Shown here one piece after another: positions 1 through 9,303 of a stretch of 64,000 nucleotides of DNA. The notes beneath the pieces are model-generated. The model was not told the DNA's origin. It made no database searches and saw only the letters and a program-made list of their open reading frames with translations. This DNA is from Candidatus Kaiserbacteria bacterium (lineage in GTDB: Bacteria > Patescibacteriota > Minisyncoccia > Phycocordibacterales > Phycocordibacteraceae). How positions within the stretch are numbered: the stretch's first letter is position 1; each line of letters opens with the position of its first letter. The stretch covers positions 532,562 through 596,561 of the forward strand of contig OY969413.1 of assembly GCA_963699165.1 (NCBI GenBank). Direction: 5' to 3'. The translations under genes and the position numbers were made by a program.

Positions 1-921
1 CGATGACATTGCTCATAAAGCCGATCATGATAATCGGGAAAATGAGAATGAGCAGGTAGCTGTTGAATGCGGCAAAGTTGCCCAAACTCAAAGTTCCGCC
101 GATGACATAGCGTCCGCCGAGAAGCAGAATCGTGAGCGTCGCGAGCTCGGTTATGAAAAAGAGAACCGGCAAAAGCGCGGCAAAAAGGCGCAGAATGCTG
201 AAACCGATTTTCTGCGCCTCTTCATTGGCCGCCAAGAATTTTTTATACTCGGAGTCCCGTGCATATAAAAGACGGATAAGGCCTGCGCCCAAAATATTTT
301 CGGTGATGACTTTGTTAAGCCAATCGATGGCCTCCTGTGACTTTGTGAAAAAAGACCGCACGCGAAGAAGGAATCCGGCAAACGTGCCCGCAATGAGCGG
401 AACCATCACCAAGACCGCAAGGGCGAGCTTCCAGTCGATGAAAAGCAGAAGCACGCTCGCGCCGATGATGACAAAAATCGACGAGACGATTGTCGCGACC
501 GCCTGCGACACAAAGCTTTTTACGGCATCGACGTCGGAGGTGAGATTGGTGAGCAATTTCGACGGCGTAACTTCTTCAATATAGGAATAGTCCTGTCCGG
601 AAATCTTCGCGGTAAGCCGGACGCGCAAATCGCGGGCCACCCTTTCGGAGGTGTACGTCTGCAAAACCCCCTGCAGATAGCCGATGAGGAAAACGCTGAA
701 TACTATCGCAAAAAATTCTTCACCGATGAGCGTCAAATTAAACGCGCCCTGCGAGTACGTGTCGATAGCGCTCGAAATAATTTTCGGCACGATTAAGCTC
801 AGCGCATTGCTCCCGATGGTAAGCACGATGAGTACGCCCACCAAAAAAGCATAGGGTTTCAAAAGCCCGAAGAGATTTGCCTGCACGGCCGCCGGTGCGG
901 TTGTTTCGCTTTCTTTTTCCA
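1..921 (-). CDS. ABC exporter, transmembrane domain (type I, MsbA-like); partial, C-terminal ATPase lies beyond the window start
   Basis: Reverse translation from ATG at 919-921 gives MEKESETTAPAAVQANLFGLLKPYAFL... with six hydrophobic segments typical of an ABC exporter TMD. The ORF is open to position 1 and so was not in the ORF track. Confidence 0.6.
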
Positions 922-1007
922 TTGTATGTGCCGCCTAAGTAAGCCGTTTGATGCTAACACGAATTCCATGAACTCACCGTGGGGACTGTATTGCGTATAA
1001 AAATGAG

Positions 1008-1035
1008 CTCGCCGCGGTTTCCAAGCCGCGGCGAG
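1008..1035 (-). terminator. intrinsic terminator downstream of the PhoH-like gene
   Basis: 10-bp GC stem ctcgccgcgg / ccgcggcgag with a 7-nt loop. On the minus strand it is followed by TCATTTTTAT. Confidence 0.5.
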
Positions 1036-1051
1036 ATGACTGATGTATGTG

Positions 1052-2056
1052 CTAGAGGTACTTGTTCCCAAAGTCTGCGACTTCGGAGCGCTCGCAGTGC
1101 TTCAGAGTCAGTGCGGCTCCACGAGGGAAGTGCTTGATGGTGTTTCCAAGGTGGGTCAATCCTGAAGTCGTCGCATCGAGATCTTTGTTGTCGATTTGGT
1201 CAAGATTTCCGAGGAAGATCATCTTCGTGTTGAAACCAGCTCGCGTCACGACGCTCTTCATCAGCTTTGGCGACAGATTTTGCGCCTCGTCTACGATGAA
1301 GAAGTAGCCGCTCGGAGAACTCCCTCGGGCGAAAGCAAGCGCCCGCGGCTCGATGATTTCCTCAAGATCCCCTTGTCCGCAATACTTCGAGAGTTCCTTG
1401 AGATTGTCCCAGATGCACCTCAACCAGGCGTGAAGCTTTTCTGCTTCGGTGCCCGGGAGAGAGCCGGGGTCGGTGTCCATGGCCTGCAAAGATCTGGTCA
1501 CGATGATTTGGCTATAGCACCCGATTGTTTTGATCTGATGCATCGCCGCCGCCAAGGTCAGCAATGTCTTGCCCGTCCCGGCGACACCGGCAAGACTAAC
1601 GAGATGAACTTCCGGATCCAGCAACAGGTTCAGAGCGATCGACTGTTCGAGATTTCGGGCCTTGAAATCGCCGCAAATCTTGTTCGCCTTCTTCCGATAA
1701 TCCCGAATGCTCTCGAAAGTTACCGCGTCGCCATTGATTGCCCGAACAGTAGCAACAATTGAGTCGCCGTTTTGTTGAGGCAGAACAAGCGCCTGATTCG
1801 GTACGACACCTTTGAGTGCCGGACCAGACATCGTGTAGCTTGCGCGACTGTGGGCGTCGGTGTCGGACGATTCGAGAATTCGATGCGTTTCCCAGAAGTT
1901 GTCAGGCAGATGGAGAATACCGCTCGGCAGTCGATCGTTGTCATTACTTTGAGTCCCATTGCAACCGTTGAGTCGCGCGTGATCAAGATTCCCTCCGCCA
2001 TTTTGCCGGTCGAAAGGAACTGCAGTGACAAGCGAGTCTTTCCGCGAGCCATTCAT
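1052..2056 (-). CDS. PhoH-like ATPase
   Basis: Walker A GVAGTGKT, Walker B-like IVDEAQN, and the overall PhoH layout. Confidence 0.8.
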   Translation of the reverse strand: MNGSRKDSLVTAVPFDRQNGGGNLDHARLNGCNGTQSNDNDRLPSGILHLPDNFWETHRILESSDTDAHSRASYTMSGPALKGVVPNQALVLPQQNGDSIVATVRAINGDAVTFESIRDYRKKANKICGDFKARNLEQSIALNLLLDPEVHLVSLAGVAGTGKTLLTLAAAMHQIKTIGCYSQIIVTRSLQAMDTDPGSLPGTEAEKLHAWLRCIWDNLKELSKYCGQGDLEEIIEPRALAFARGSSPSGYFFIVDEAQNLSPKLMKSVVTRAGFNTKMIFLGNLDQIDNKDLDATTSGLTHLGNTIKHFPRGAALTLKHCERSEVADFGNKYL

Positions 2057-2250
2057 CGTATACGTTGTGGAGATGAGAATTCCCTCCTTATGGAATTACA
2101 AACCCTGTAAAGAACAAGGCGCTGCCGAAACCATACCCAATAAATCCGCCGCGCACAACATCCTTGACTGCGCTTCTAAAACTTTGGTAATCCGCACCAG
2201 CCGCGCACAAAAACGCTCGCGATGTTTGCTATACTTTTGTCAAAGCACCT

Positions 2251-2727
2251 ATGGAGGCGGAAACAATAACCAACGCACCGGCAGTCGGCGGCAGCACGCT
2301 CGAAGCATTCTTTTTTTGGTATGCATTTGTGGCGCCGCGGACGATTCTTCGCATCTGGAAGAACTATCTCGACGCAAATCTCAATTATTTTTCGATTCCT
2401 CTTTTGCTTCGCACCCTTCTCTACCCATGGCATCGCGATACGGAAAATTATGACGGACCGTTTGACCTCACCGGGTCCGCGCGCGCCATCGTCGTAAACG
2501 TGATGTCGAGCGTTGTCGGATGCATCATCCGCTCCGTCACTATCGTCATCGGGCTCATTGCGGAGTCCGTCATATTTTTACTCGGTCCCGCGGCCATCGT
2601 GCTCTGGTTTGCAACGCCGTTTCTTCTCCTTGCGGGATTTGCGTCTTATCCCGCGTCAACCTTTATGATGCCGCAGATTCCTCAGGTGCATCTGCCGGAT
2701 GTGCATAAATATCAGCTTCACCCATGA
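2251..2727 (+). CDS. hypothetical membrane protein (two or three TM helices)
   Basis: ORF with hydrophobic segments. Its stop overlaps the start of the downstream AAA+ gene (2724), so the two are translationally coupled. Confidence 0.45.
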   Translation: MEAETITNAPAVGGSTLEAFFFWYAFVAPRTILRIWKNYLDANLNYFSIPLLLRTLLYPWHRDTENYDGPFDLTGSARAIVVNVMSSVVGCIIRSVTIVIGLIAESVIFLLGPAAIVLWFATPFLLLAGFASYPASTFMMPQIPQVHLPDVHKYQLHP

Positions 2728-5162
2728 GCTACCTCGAACCAAGGAAGCCCCGTTTGTATCGCGCGGTCATAACGGCGGCCGTGTTCCCGACGCCTGTCGC
2801 GCGAATGGTCGCGCGCATTAGCGCAATCGTCGCGCTTCTTTTTTTCGTGCTTTGGTTTTTCAGAGTGTCGTCCGCACCCACGTGGACATTGGCAGTGACT
2901 GCGGCGGCGGTGGCGTACCTTTCGAAGCTCTATGATTTTTTCATCAGGACGTATCTTTCATCCGGACCAACCCCTGCCGCAGGCGAGGAGAATCTCGCCG
3001 AGTATCTCGACTATGAGGCGCTTCGCATCGTGAACGCTTCGGTTCTGAAAGAACCGACCGCTCTCCTTTTGCCGATGATTTCGGCTCCCGGCATGGGGTA
3101 TGTGCTTGCGCGGCTTGGAACGGTGCCGCAGAACTTCAAGCATGATGTACAGGCGTATCTGCAAAAACCGGTCGGACCGTCAAATCCGGATGCGCTCTCC
3201 CAATTCATTTACGCGTGCCTGAGCAAAGAAGGCGGCTCGAGAATCCTCTCCTGGCAGGACCTTTTTCTCGGGCTTTGCGTCGAGTCGCCGTTTTTAAAGC
3301 AATTTATTCTCGACCGCAAGCTCGACGTCAAGGAAATCGCTCTTCTGCTTGATTGGGAAAAGGAAATCGCGGAGCGCGAAGAAACACGGAGCGCTTTTTG
3401 GCGGCGCGAAAACCTCATGCGTACGCGGAGCATCGGACAATCGTGGTCGTCGGGCTACACGCCGCACCTTGAACAATATGCGGCCGACGTCGGTTTCGGC
3501 GACGCGGACTCCCCGCGCCTCTACGGACGGCAGGTCGAAACGGAAGCGATTGAGCGCGTGCTTGCGCGCGACGGAAGAAACAACGTGATTCTCGTCGGAG
3601 AACCGGGCGTCGGCAAGAAAGTCGTCGTGACCACGCTTGCGCAGCGGATTGCGCTCGGCGAGACGCTTCCCGCGCTCGCCCACAAGCGCGTGCTAAATCT
3701 TGAAGTGAGCACGCTTGCAAACGGCGTGAAAAGCAATCATGAACTTGAAGCGCGCCTGCAAACCCTTTTGAACGAAGCGGTTATGGCGGGAAATATCATA
3801 CTTTTCATAGACAACATTCACACGCTATTCAGCACCACGGAAGCCGCGGGCGCTCTCGATGCGACCGCCGTCCTTCTTCCCTTCCTCAACTCGGCTCATT
3901 TGCAAGTCATCGGCCTCACGACGCACGAAGGATTCCATGAAATGATTGCGAAACACCCCGAGCTCACGCATCTTTTCGAGAAAGTCGAGGCACACGAGCC
4001 GACGAAAGAGGAAGCGTATGCGATTTTGCGCGACGCCGTGCCGCACATCGAGGCGCACGACAAAGTGTGGATTCCTTTCCAAGCGATTTCCGCGGCTGTC
4101 GAGCTTTCCGACCGCTACATCAAAAATATGCCCTTCCCGGAAAAGGCGATTGACCTACTTCAGGAAGCGGCGGTTTTTGCAAGCACAAAAGCGAACAGTT
4201 CGGTCGTGACGGAGGAGCATATCGAAGCGGTCGTCCACCAGAAGACCGCGATTCCTGTCGGGCAGGTGAATGCGGACGAGCGCCAGATTCTTCTTCAGCT
4301 TGAGGACTCGCTTCACGCGCGGGTCATCGGCCAGGACGAGGCGATTACCACCATTTCAAATGCTTTGCGCCGCGTGCGTTCGGGACTCTCGTCCGCAAAA
4401 CGGCCTATCGGCAGTTTCCTTTTCCTTGGACCGACCGGCGTCGGAAAAACGGAGACCGCGAAAGCGCTCGCCGCGATTTACTTCGGTTCCGAGGAGCGCA
4501 TGATTCGCTTCGATATGTCGGAGTACCAGCAGGCGGATTCGGTCGAGCGTCTCATCGGCGGCGCTTCGGGAAGGGGCATTCTCACGACCGCGATAATGGA
4601 CAATCCGTTTTCGCTCGTGCTTCTCGACGAACTTGAAAAAGCCGAGCCAAATATTCTAAACATTTTCCTGCAGGTGCTTGACGATGGACGGCTCACCGAT
4701 GCGCTTGGGCGCACCGTCGACTTTACCAATACGCTCATTCTCGCCACTTCAAATGCGGGCGCGGAGCTCATCCGCGAGTCGGTCGGAAGCGGAGAAACCG
4801 AAGCGGCGCTCAAGGAGCGCATTCTCGACGCGATTCAGAAAGAAGGCATTTTCCATCCAGAATTTCTCAATCGTTTCGACGCCATCATTATGTTTAAGCC
4901 GCTCACGGAATCGGAAGTCGGACAAGTCGCAAAGCTCTTTATCGACGATTTGAATCGCCGGCTCGAAGAGAAAAGCATCACGGTCGTCGCCGATGCGGCC
5001 GTTTTGCAAAAACTCGCAAGCGAAGGATTCGACAAAGAATTCGGCGCCCGGCCGCTCCGCCACCTTGTGCAGGAGAAAGTGGAAAATCTAGTCGCAAAGA
5101 AGCTTCTGTCGGGCGAGCTCGCGAGCGGCCAAACGCTCGTCCTCACGCCCGAAGAGATTTAA
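2724..5162 (+). CDS. membrane-anchored two-ring AAA+ ATPase, ClpA/ClpC/ClpB family
   Basis: N-terminal about 250 aa with TM helices, then two Walker A motifs (GEPGVGKK and GPTGVGKT) about 275 aa apart. Clp D2 small-domain sequence (FGARPLRH). Confidence 0.85.
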   Translation: MSYLEPRKPRLYRAVITAAVFPTPVARMVARISAIVALLFFVLWFFRVSSAPTWTLAVTAAAVAYLSKLYDFFIRTYLSSGPTPAAGEENLAEYLDYEALRIVNASVLKEPTALLLPMISAPGMGYVLARLGTVPQNFKHDVQAYLQKPVGPSNPDALSQFIYACLSKEGGSRILSWQDLFLGLCVESPFLKQFILDRKLDVKEIALLLDWEKEIAEREETRSAFWRRENLMRTRSIGQSWSSGYTPHLEQYAADVGFGDADSPRLYGRQVETEAIERVLARDGRNNVILVGEPGVGKKVVVTTLAQRIALGETLPALAHKRVLNLEVSTLANGVKSNHELEARLQTLLNEAVMAGNIILFIDNIHTLFSTTEAAGALDATAVLLPFLNSAHLQVIGLTTHEGFHEMIAKHPELTHLFEKVEAHEPTKEEAYAILRDAVPHIEAHDKVWIPFQAISAAVELSDRYIKNMPFPEKAIDLLQEAAVFASTKANSSVVTEEHIEAVVHQKTAIPVGQVNADERQILLQLEDSLHARVIGQDEAITTISNALRRVRSGLSSAKRPIGSFLFLGPTGVGKTETAKALAAIYFGSEERMIRFDMSEYQQADSVERLIGGASGRGILTTAIMDNPFSLVLLDELEKAEPNILNIFLQVLDDGRLTDALGRTVDFTNTLILATSNAGAELIRESVGSGETEAALKERILDAIQKEGIFHPEFLNRFDAIIMFKPLTESEVGQVAKLFIDDLNRRLEEKSITVVADAAVLQKLASEGFDKEFGARPLRHLVQEKVENLVAKKLLSGELASGQTLVLTPEEI

Positions 5163-5165
5163 GTT

Positions 5166-5468
5166 TTATTTCTCCCCTTTTAAAATAATTCGTTTTTCGA
5201 AACCGCCGCGTTCGTCGCGCTTTTCATTTTGCAGTTGTTCCACATTCGCATACTCCGGCAAGCGCTTGCGAGCGGAAATGACCTCGAACACATCAGCAAG
5301 TTTTTCGGGCGCACCCGCTTCGCCAAACTCCACGGCTTCCTCTGCAAGCTTTTTCATTAGCTCAACTTTGTATTCCTCGGGCGTTGCGATGCGCTTTTCA
5401 TACTGAACTCCCTTCTTGTCCAGAATTTCCGGAATGTTGTCCCGCACAAGTTTTTCGTATTTGGCCAT
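5166..5468 (-). CDS. MazG-like / phosphoribosyl-ATP pyrophosphohydrolase-like NTP pyrophosphatase (about 100 aa)
   Basis: Small all-alpha protein EKLVRDNIPEI...EEAVEFGEA...KLADVFEVI, typical of the MazG/HisE fold. Confidence 0.6.
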   Translation of the reverse strand: MAKYEKLVRDNIPEILDKKGVQYEKRIATPEEYKVELMKKLAEEAVEFGEAGAPEKLADVFEVISARKRLPEYANVEQLQNEKRDERGGFEKRIILKGEK

Positions 5469-5511
5469 GCGTGTAGCGTATCACGGCGCGAGCTCCGCTC
5501 GAGAGCGATGC

Positions 5512-5540
5512 GTTGACACAAACTGAACGGCTCTGTATAC
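5512..5540 (+). promoter_or_regulatory. sigma70-like promoter (TTGACA-17-TATACC)
   Basis: -35 TTGACA at 5512-5517, a 17-nt spacer, -10 TATACC at 5535-5540. A GAAAGGAG RBS follows at 5548-5555. Confidence 0.45.
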
Positions 5541-5563
5541 CTGTACCAGAAAGGAGCAAGTGC

Positions 5564-5866
5564 TTGGTGCATAAAAACGGACATCCCATCGACCTGCGGC
5601 GCGAATTCAATGTTATGGTCGAACGGTACGGCGACCCTCAGCAGGAACCCGCCGGACAAGACGAGCAGGTTGTTCTCCGCGAGCTTTCAGGACTTGTCTT
5701 CCACAAAGGCACGCGCTTCGAAGTAAAAGTAGTAGCGGTGTTCTTTCGGGAACGAGGAGCCGTGCAGAGTATCACATACTTAAACGCGGCACCTCCCGAC
5801 GGGGTGGAAATCGACGAATTCGCGGAGAGACACCGCGTCTGGAGAACCACCGACAGCGGTGGGTGA
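5564..5866 (+). CDS. hypothetical protein (about 100 aa)
   Basis: ORF with in-frame TTG (5564) or GTG (5567), 7 nt after AGGAG. No recognizable domain. Confidence 0.3.
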   Translation: MVHKNGHPIDLRREFNVMVERYGDPQQEPAGQDEQVVLRELSGLVFHKGTRFEVKVVAVFFRERGAVQSITYLNAAPPDGVEIDEFAERHRVWRTTDSGG

Positions 5867-5992
5867 ACATTCTTTTTGCCCGGCGGATTACCGCCGGGCT
5901 GATGCTTTTTAACCCCGCCACGAACTGCTTCTGGACAATATGAAAAATGTGGATATACTCTCAAAAGTTCACTTTGAACCTTGGAGGTTTCC

Positions 5993-6298
5993 GTGACTCT
6001 TACTGTTAAATTACATCTTCCCGATATCCCGGTCTGGTGGTACGAAGTCCCATGGTCGCACCTGCTCGCCGAGGCAAAGCCGTTTCCCGGAGAGGACGAG
6101 GAATTTGCGGTGCGCGACCACGTCACAAATGTTCTCGGTGGATGCAAGCTCCGCATCCGAGAGGACTTCGTCATCGTCCGCACCGAAGAGGGGTTTCTTC
6201 TGAAGTTCTTCAGCCGGGACGGCGCCCGCTCTAGCGCAAACGCGCTTAATCTCCATTTGTCGTCGACCTTGCCGCAGGTCGAAAGTTCCGTCGCCTAG
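5993..6298 (+). CDS. hypothetical protein (about 100 aa)
   Basis: ORF with GTG start preceded by GGAGG. Possible promoter TGGACA-16-TATACT at 5932-5959. Confidence 0.3.
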   Translation: MTLTVKLHLPDIPVWWYEVPWSHLLAEAKPFPGEDEEFAVRDHVTNVLGGCKLRIREDFVIVRTEEGFLLKFFSRDGARSSANALNLHLSSTLPQVESSVA

Positions 6299-6371
6299 AC
6301 GCGAACGCCGGCACACAGAGAGACCAAGAGCCGCTCCATGGATGGGGCGGCTCCTTTAATTAAAATGTTCG

Positions 6372-6707
6372 CTAATACAACCGGCCGCCGATTACCGCAC
6401 CTTCCTTGTCCGGAACCGCGAGAATCACTTTGCCGTTTGCATCCGCAACGCCGAGCGTCAGCACTTCGGATTCAAACGGGCCGATTTTGCGCGGCGGGAA
6501 ATTCACGACGCCGAGCACGATTTTTCCGAGCAAATCCGCCTTTTCGTACCGCTCGGTAATTTGCGCCGAGGAATTTTTCACGCCGACTTCCGGTCCAAAA
6601 TCAATGCGCAGCTTATACGCCGGCTTGCGCGCCTCCGGAAAATCCCGCACATCGAGAATTTTCCCGACTCGAATATCGAGATGCTGAAAATCCTCGATCG
6701 TAGCCAT
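6372..6707 (-). CDS. tRNA-binding protein, CsaA/EMAP-II OB-fold type
   Basis: DIRVGKILDV...PEARKPAYKLRIDFG...LLGKIVLGVVNFPPRKIGPFESEVLTLG matches the tRNA-binding domain. Start placed at the MATIEDF methionine. Confidence 0.8.
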   Translation of the reverse strand: MATIEDFQHLDIRVGKILDVRDFPEARKPAYKLRIDFGPEVGVKNSSAQITERYEKADLLGKIVLGVVNFPPRKIGPFESEVLTLGVADANGKVILAVPDKEGAVIGGRLY

Positions 6708-6709
6708 CG

Positions 6710-7336
6710 TTAGTACGTATTCGAGAACACAATGCTGCTCGGAGGCGTGAAGAGGCCCGTCTTTTCTCCCCACGGATTGCAGGCGAAAGAAATGTTGGCC
6801 TCAGGATCAAAGCCGCCTCGGGTCGCGATAGCGCTTCCGTTTCCACTCGGCGCCGCAAGCAGTTTGAGTCCTTTTGTCGCGCCGTTCGTCCATACATATA
6901 GGTATGAACCGTCGTCAATCATCGTCGTATTTATTGTCCCCGCACTTGTCGAGGTCGTAAGATCGGCGCGCGTTTCGCCCTCGGCAATATAGAGCATGCC
7001 CGAACGCTTTGTGCCGGATGTCGTCTTTACGCTGCAGACCAATGCTTCTTTCAATCCCAAAAGATACGCGAGAGTATTTACGCCCATGACTTTCGGAGGA
7101 ATGACCGGTTCGGCTGCGGGCGGCGCTGCCGTCGTACCGACGTTATTTGTGCCGTGTGTTACGGGAATCGGCAGCGTCGTTTGCTGTGTCGACGTGCCAA
7201 CCGACGGCGTTGTCGTCGCGACCGTTACCTGCCCGCTTCCCTTCTCCTGACCCGAATAGAAATACCACGCACCGCACAGAACTATCACTATTGCGACCAG
7301 CCCCGCGATTATTTTGTTGTCCATGCGCTCAAGCAT
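6710..7336 (-). CDS. hypothetical secreted/membrane-anchored Thr/Ser-rich protein
   Basis: N-terminal TM/signal segment IIAGLVAIVIVLCGAWYF, then a low-complexity T/S-rich region. Confidence 0.5.
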   Translation of the reverse strand: MLERMDNKIIAGLVAIVIVLCGAWYFYSGQEKGSGQVTVATTTPSVGTSTQQTTLPIPVTHGTNNVGTTAAPPAAEPVIPPKVMGVNTLAYLLGLKEALVCSVKTTSGTKRSGMLYIAEGETRADLTTSTSAGTINTTMIDDGSYLYVWTNGATKGLKLLAAPSGNGSAIATRGGFDPEANISFACNPWGEKTGLFTPPSSIVFSNTY

Positions 7337-7399
7337 AGCACTGCCGTGTAGATGTCAATCTCTGGACAAAATGCCCATTTCTTTGTATAAAAATGCGAC

Positions 7400-8080
7400 C
7401 TACCACGGAAGTTTTTCGCCGTTGAACCAGAAAAATCCGCTTTCGGGTGACGTAACGGCGAATTCCGAAATATTTTTTGCCGCTTCTTCCGGCGTGATAT
7501 CCGCTTCCTCGCCGCCGATATCGGTCTTTACCCAGCCGGGATGCACCGACGACACGATAAGACCACTTCCGCCTTTTTGAAGCCGGATGGCAAGCGTGCG
7601 CATATACATATTGAGCGCGGCTTTTGAGATTTTGTACGCGGGATAGTGGAGTGGGTAGTGGTCCAAAAGATGCCCCGTGCAGTCGAGCGAACCCGCGCGC
7701 GAAGAAATGAAAATGATATGCCCGTCGCTCGCCATATCGGAAAGAATCTTCTCGGTGAAGGCGGCGGTTCCGATGAGATTCACCTCAAGCGTCGCGCGAA
7801 GCTTTTCGGGAATCAAAGTCGTTTCTTCCTCGTCGAGCATTACGCCCGCATTATTTATGAGAATGTCGATATTCTTGTTCAGAGCTTGAATCGACTTTGC
7901 GCATGCGTCGATGCTTTCAACGGAAGAAAGGTCGAGCGGCACGACGGAGAGATTTTCATGCGCAAAATCCACGCTTCCCGTCTTGGATGTTCCAATCACA
8001 AAAAAACCTTTCTCAAGAAATGCCTGCGCAAGCGCCTTTCCAATCCCTCGGCTGATTCCCGTGATAAGTACGTTTTTCAT
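7400..8080 (-). CDS. short-chain dehydrogenase/reductase (SDR)
   Basis: TGISRGIG glycine motif, NNAG, and the YKISK catalytic Tyr-Lys. Confidence 0.85.
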   Translation of the reverse strand: MKNVLITGISRGIGKALAQAFLEKGFFVIGTSKTGSVDFAHENLSVVPLDLSSVESIDACAKSIQALNKNIDILINNAGVMLDEEETTLIPEKLRATLEVNLIGTAAFTEKILSDMASDGHIIFISSRAGSLDCTGHLLDHYPLHYPAYKISKAALNMYMRTLAIRLQKGGSGLIVSSVHPGWVKTDIGGEEADITPEEAAKNISEFAVTSPESGFFWFNGEKLPW

Positions 8081-8138
8081 CGCTTCAAAGTATACAGCAC
8101 TGCAAACGATGTTCTTTATCGGGATTACGGCGAATCTT

Positions 8139-8798
8139 TTAGCCCAAATGCGAGTGGTCGTTGTAAATCCAAAAACGCCAGGTCGGTTCTTCTTCGAAAC
8201 CGCCGTGAAAACGCAACACCGAAATGCCCGTGTTTTCCATTGCCGCTATTCTTTGAAATCGCCTCAGGAGTTCTCCCGAGAGCAGGTCGCCCACAATCGT
8301 GCGCGCGACGATTGTCCGCAAAAAATATCCGTGCGTTACGACAACGAGCGATTTTTCGGGCCGCGCCGCCAAGTATTCGAGCGCCCTATCCGCGCGCGCA
8401 ACGTGGTCATCATAATTTTCTCCGTCGCCCGCCCGCATGCCGGTTATGTATAAACTCCTTTCCCACTCTCGCCAAAGCGCCGTCGCTTCTTTATCTTCGT
8501 ATGTCTTTCCGTTGACACTCGTCGGCTTCATACGCTCGACAAACAGGTCTGAAAATTCCGGCTCTTTCCCGGCCGCTTTTGCAATCACTTCGGCCGTTTG
8601 TTTCGCTCGCGGGTACGGACTTGAAATCAGCGCATCAAACGAAATTTTCGAAATGCGTTCGGCGATTCGCTCCGCCTGCTCCTTCCCTTTTTCGCTGAGC
8701 GGAGAATCCGGCGATTGAAAGACGGGGGTGATATTCCCGGTGCTTTGCCCGTGCCGGACAAAATAAACCATTTTCTCGATGTTTGATTCGTGTATCAT
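8139..8798 (-). CDS. histidine phosphatase family protein (phosphoglycerate mutase-like)
   Basis: RHGQS catalytic motif (VYFVRHGQSTGN) and a C-terminal His region. Alternative start at MVYFVRHG. Confidence 0.85.
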   Translation of the reverse strand: MIHESNIEKMVYFVRHGQSTGNITPVFQSPDSPLSEKGKEQAERIAERISKISFDALISSPYPRAKQTAEVIAKAAGKEPEFSDLFVERMKPTSVNGKTYEDKEATALWREWERSLYITGMRAGDGENYDDHVARADRALEYLAARPEKSLVVVTHGYFLRTIVARTIVGDLLSGELLRRFQRIAAMENTGISVLRFHGGFEEEPTWRFWIYNDHSHLG

Positions 8799-8847
8799 CG
8801 ATTTGATTATACCCGAGCAATTCGCAGCACCGAACGCCGATTAAAAA

Positions 8848-9252
8848 TCAGGTCTCGAGATACCTATCGATAAGTTCTATGTCCCGTATGTCTTTCGTTC
8901 TGCCGGAGGCCTCTTTCCATTTCCGCACGTCATCAATCGACGCGAATTGTATGCCGTCGATTTCCACGGCGTTCACGAGCAAATCCTTCAGCGTCGGATT
9001 GTAGAAGCTGAAGTCCCAATTGTTGTGCGCTTCGAAAACGCCATGCGAAAGCGCTTTGTCGTTCGGACCCTTTTCGATTTCCTGCCAGCCCTTGTCTTTC
9101 AAGTCGTCATACACTTCTTGCGTTACCAGCAAATCAATATCGTTTGCTTCCCGCAGGCCGGCAACGGCGAGCGGGCTTCCTCCAAACACGACAAAGGAGC
9201 CAGCCGGGAGATCCAGTTCTTTTACCTTGGCAATAATCTCGTCTTTGGTCAT
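8848..9252 (-). CDS. minimal nucleotidyltransferase-fold protein (Pol-beta superfamily)
   Basis: GSFVVFGGSPLAVAGLREANDIDLLV resembles the GS...DxD NTase signature. No HEPN partner nearby. Confidence 0.45.
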   Translation of the reverse strand: MTKDEIIAKVKELDLPAGSFVVFGGSPLAVAGLREANDIDLLVTQEVYDDLKDKGWQEIEKGPNDKALSHGVFEAHNNWDFSFYNPTLKDLLVNAVEIDGIQFASIDDVRKWKEASGRTKDIRDIELIDRYLET

Positions 9253-9303
9253 CTAAAGAATAATCGCAGTTTATTGTTTAAAATCAAGCGCCGCGTAATG
9301 GTT

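Noticed and set aside
132-584. A 150-aa plus-strand ORF at the window start.
   Set aside because: It is antisense to the membrane domain of the partial ABC exporter (minus strand, 1-921), which has a coherent TM-helix pattern.
7646-8515. A 289-aa plus-strand ORF overlapping the SDR and histidine phosphatase genes.
   Set aside because: It is antisense to two genes with clear catalytic motifs (TGxxxGxG/YxxxK and RHG). It is Arg-rich and has no motifs.
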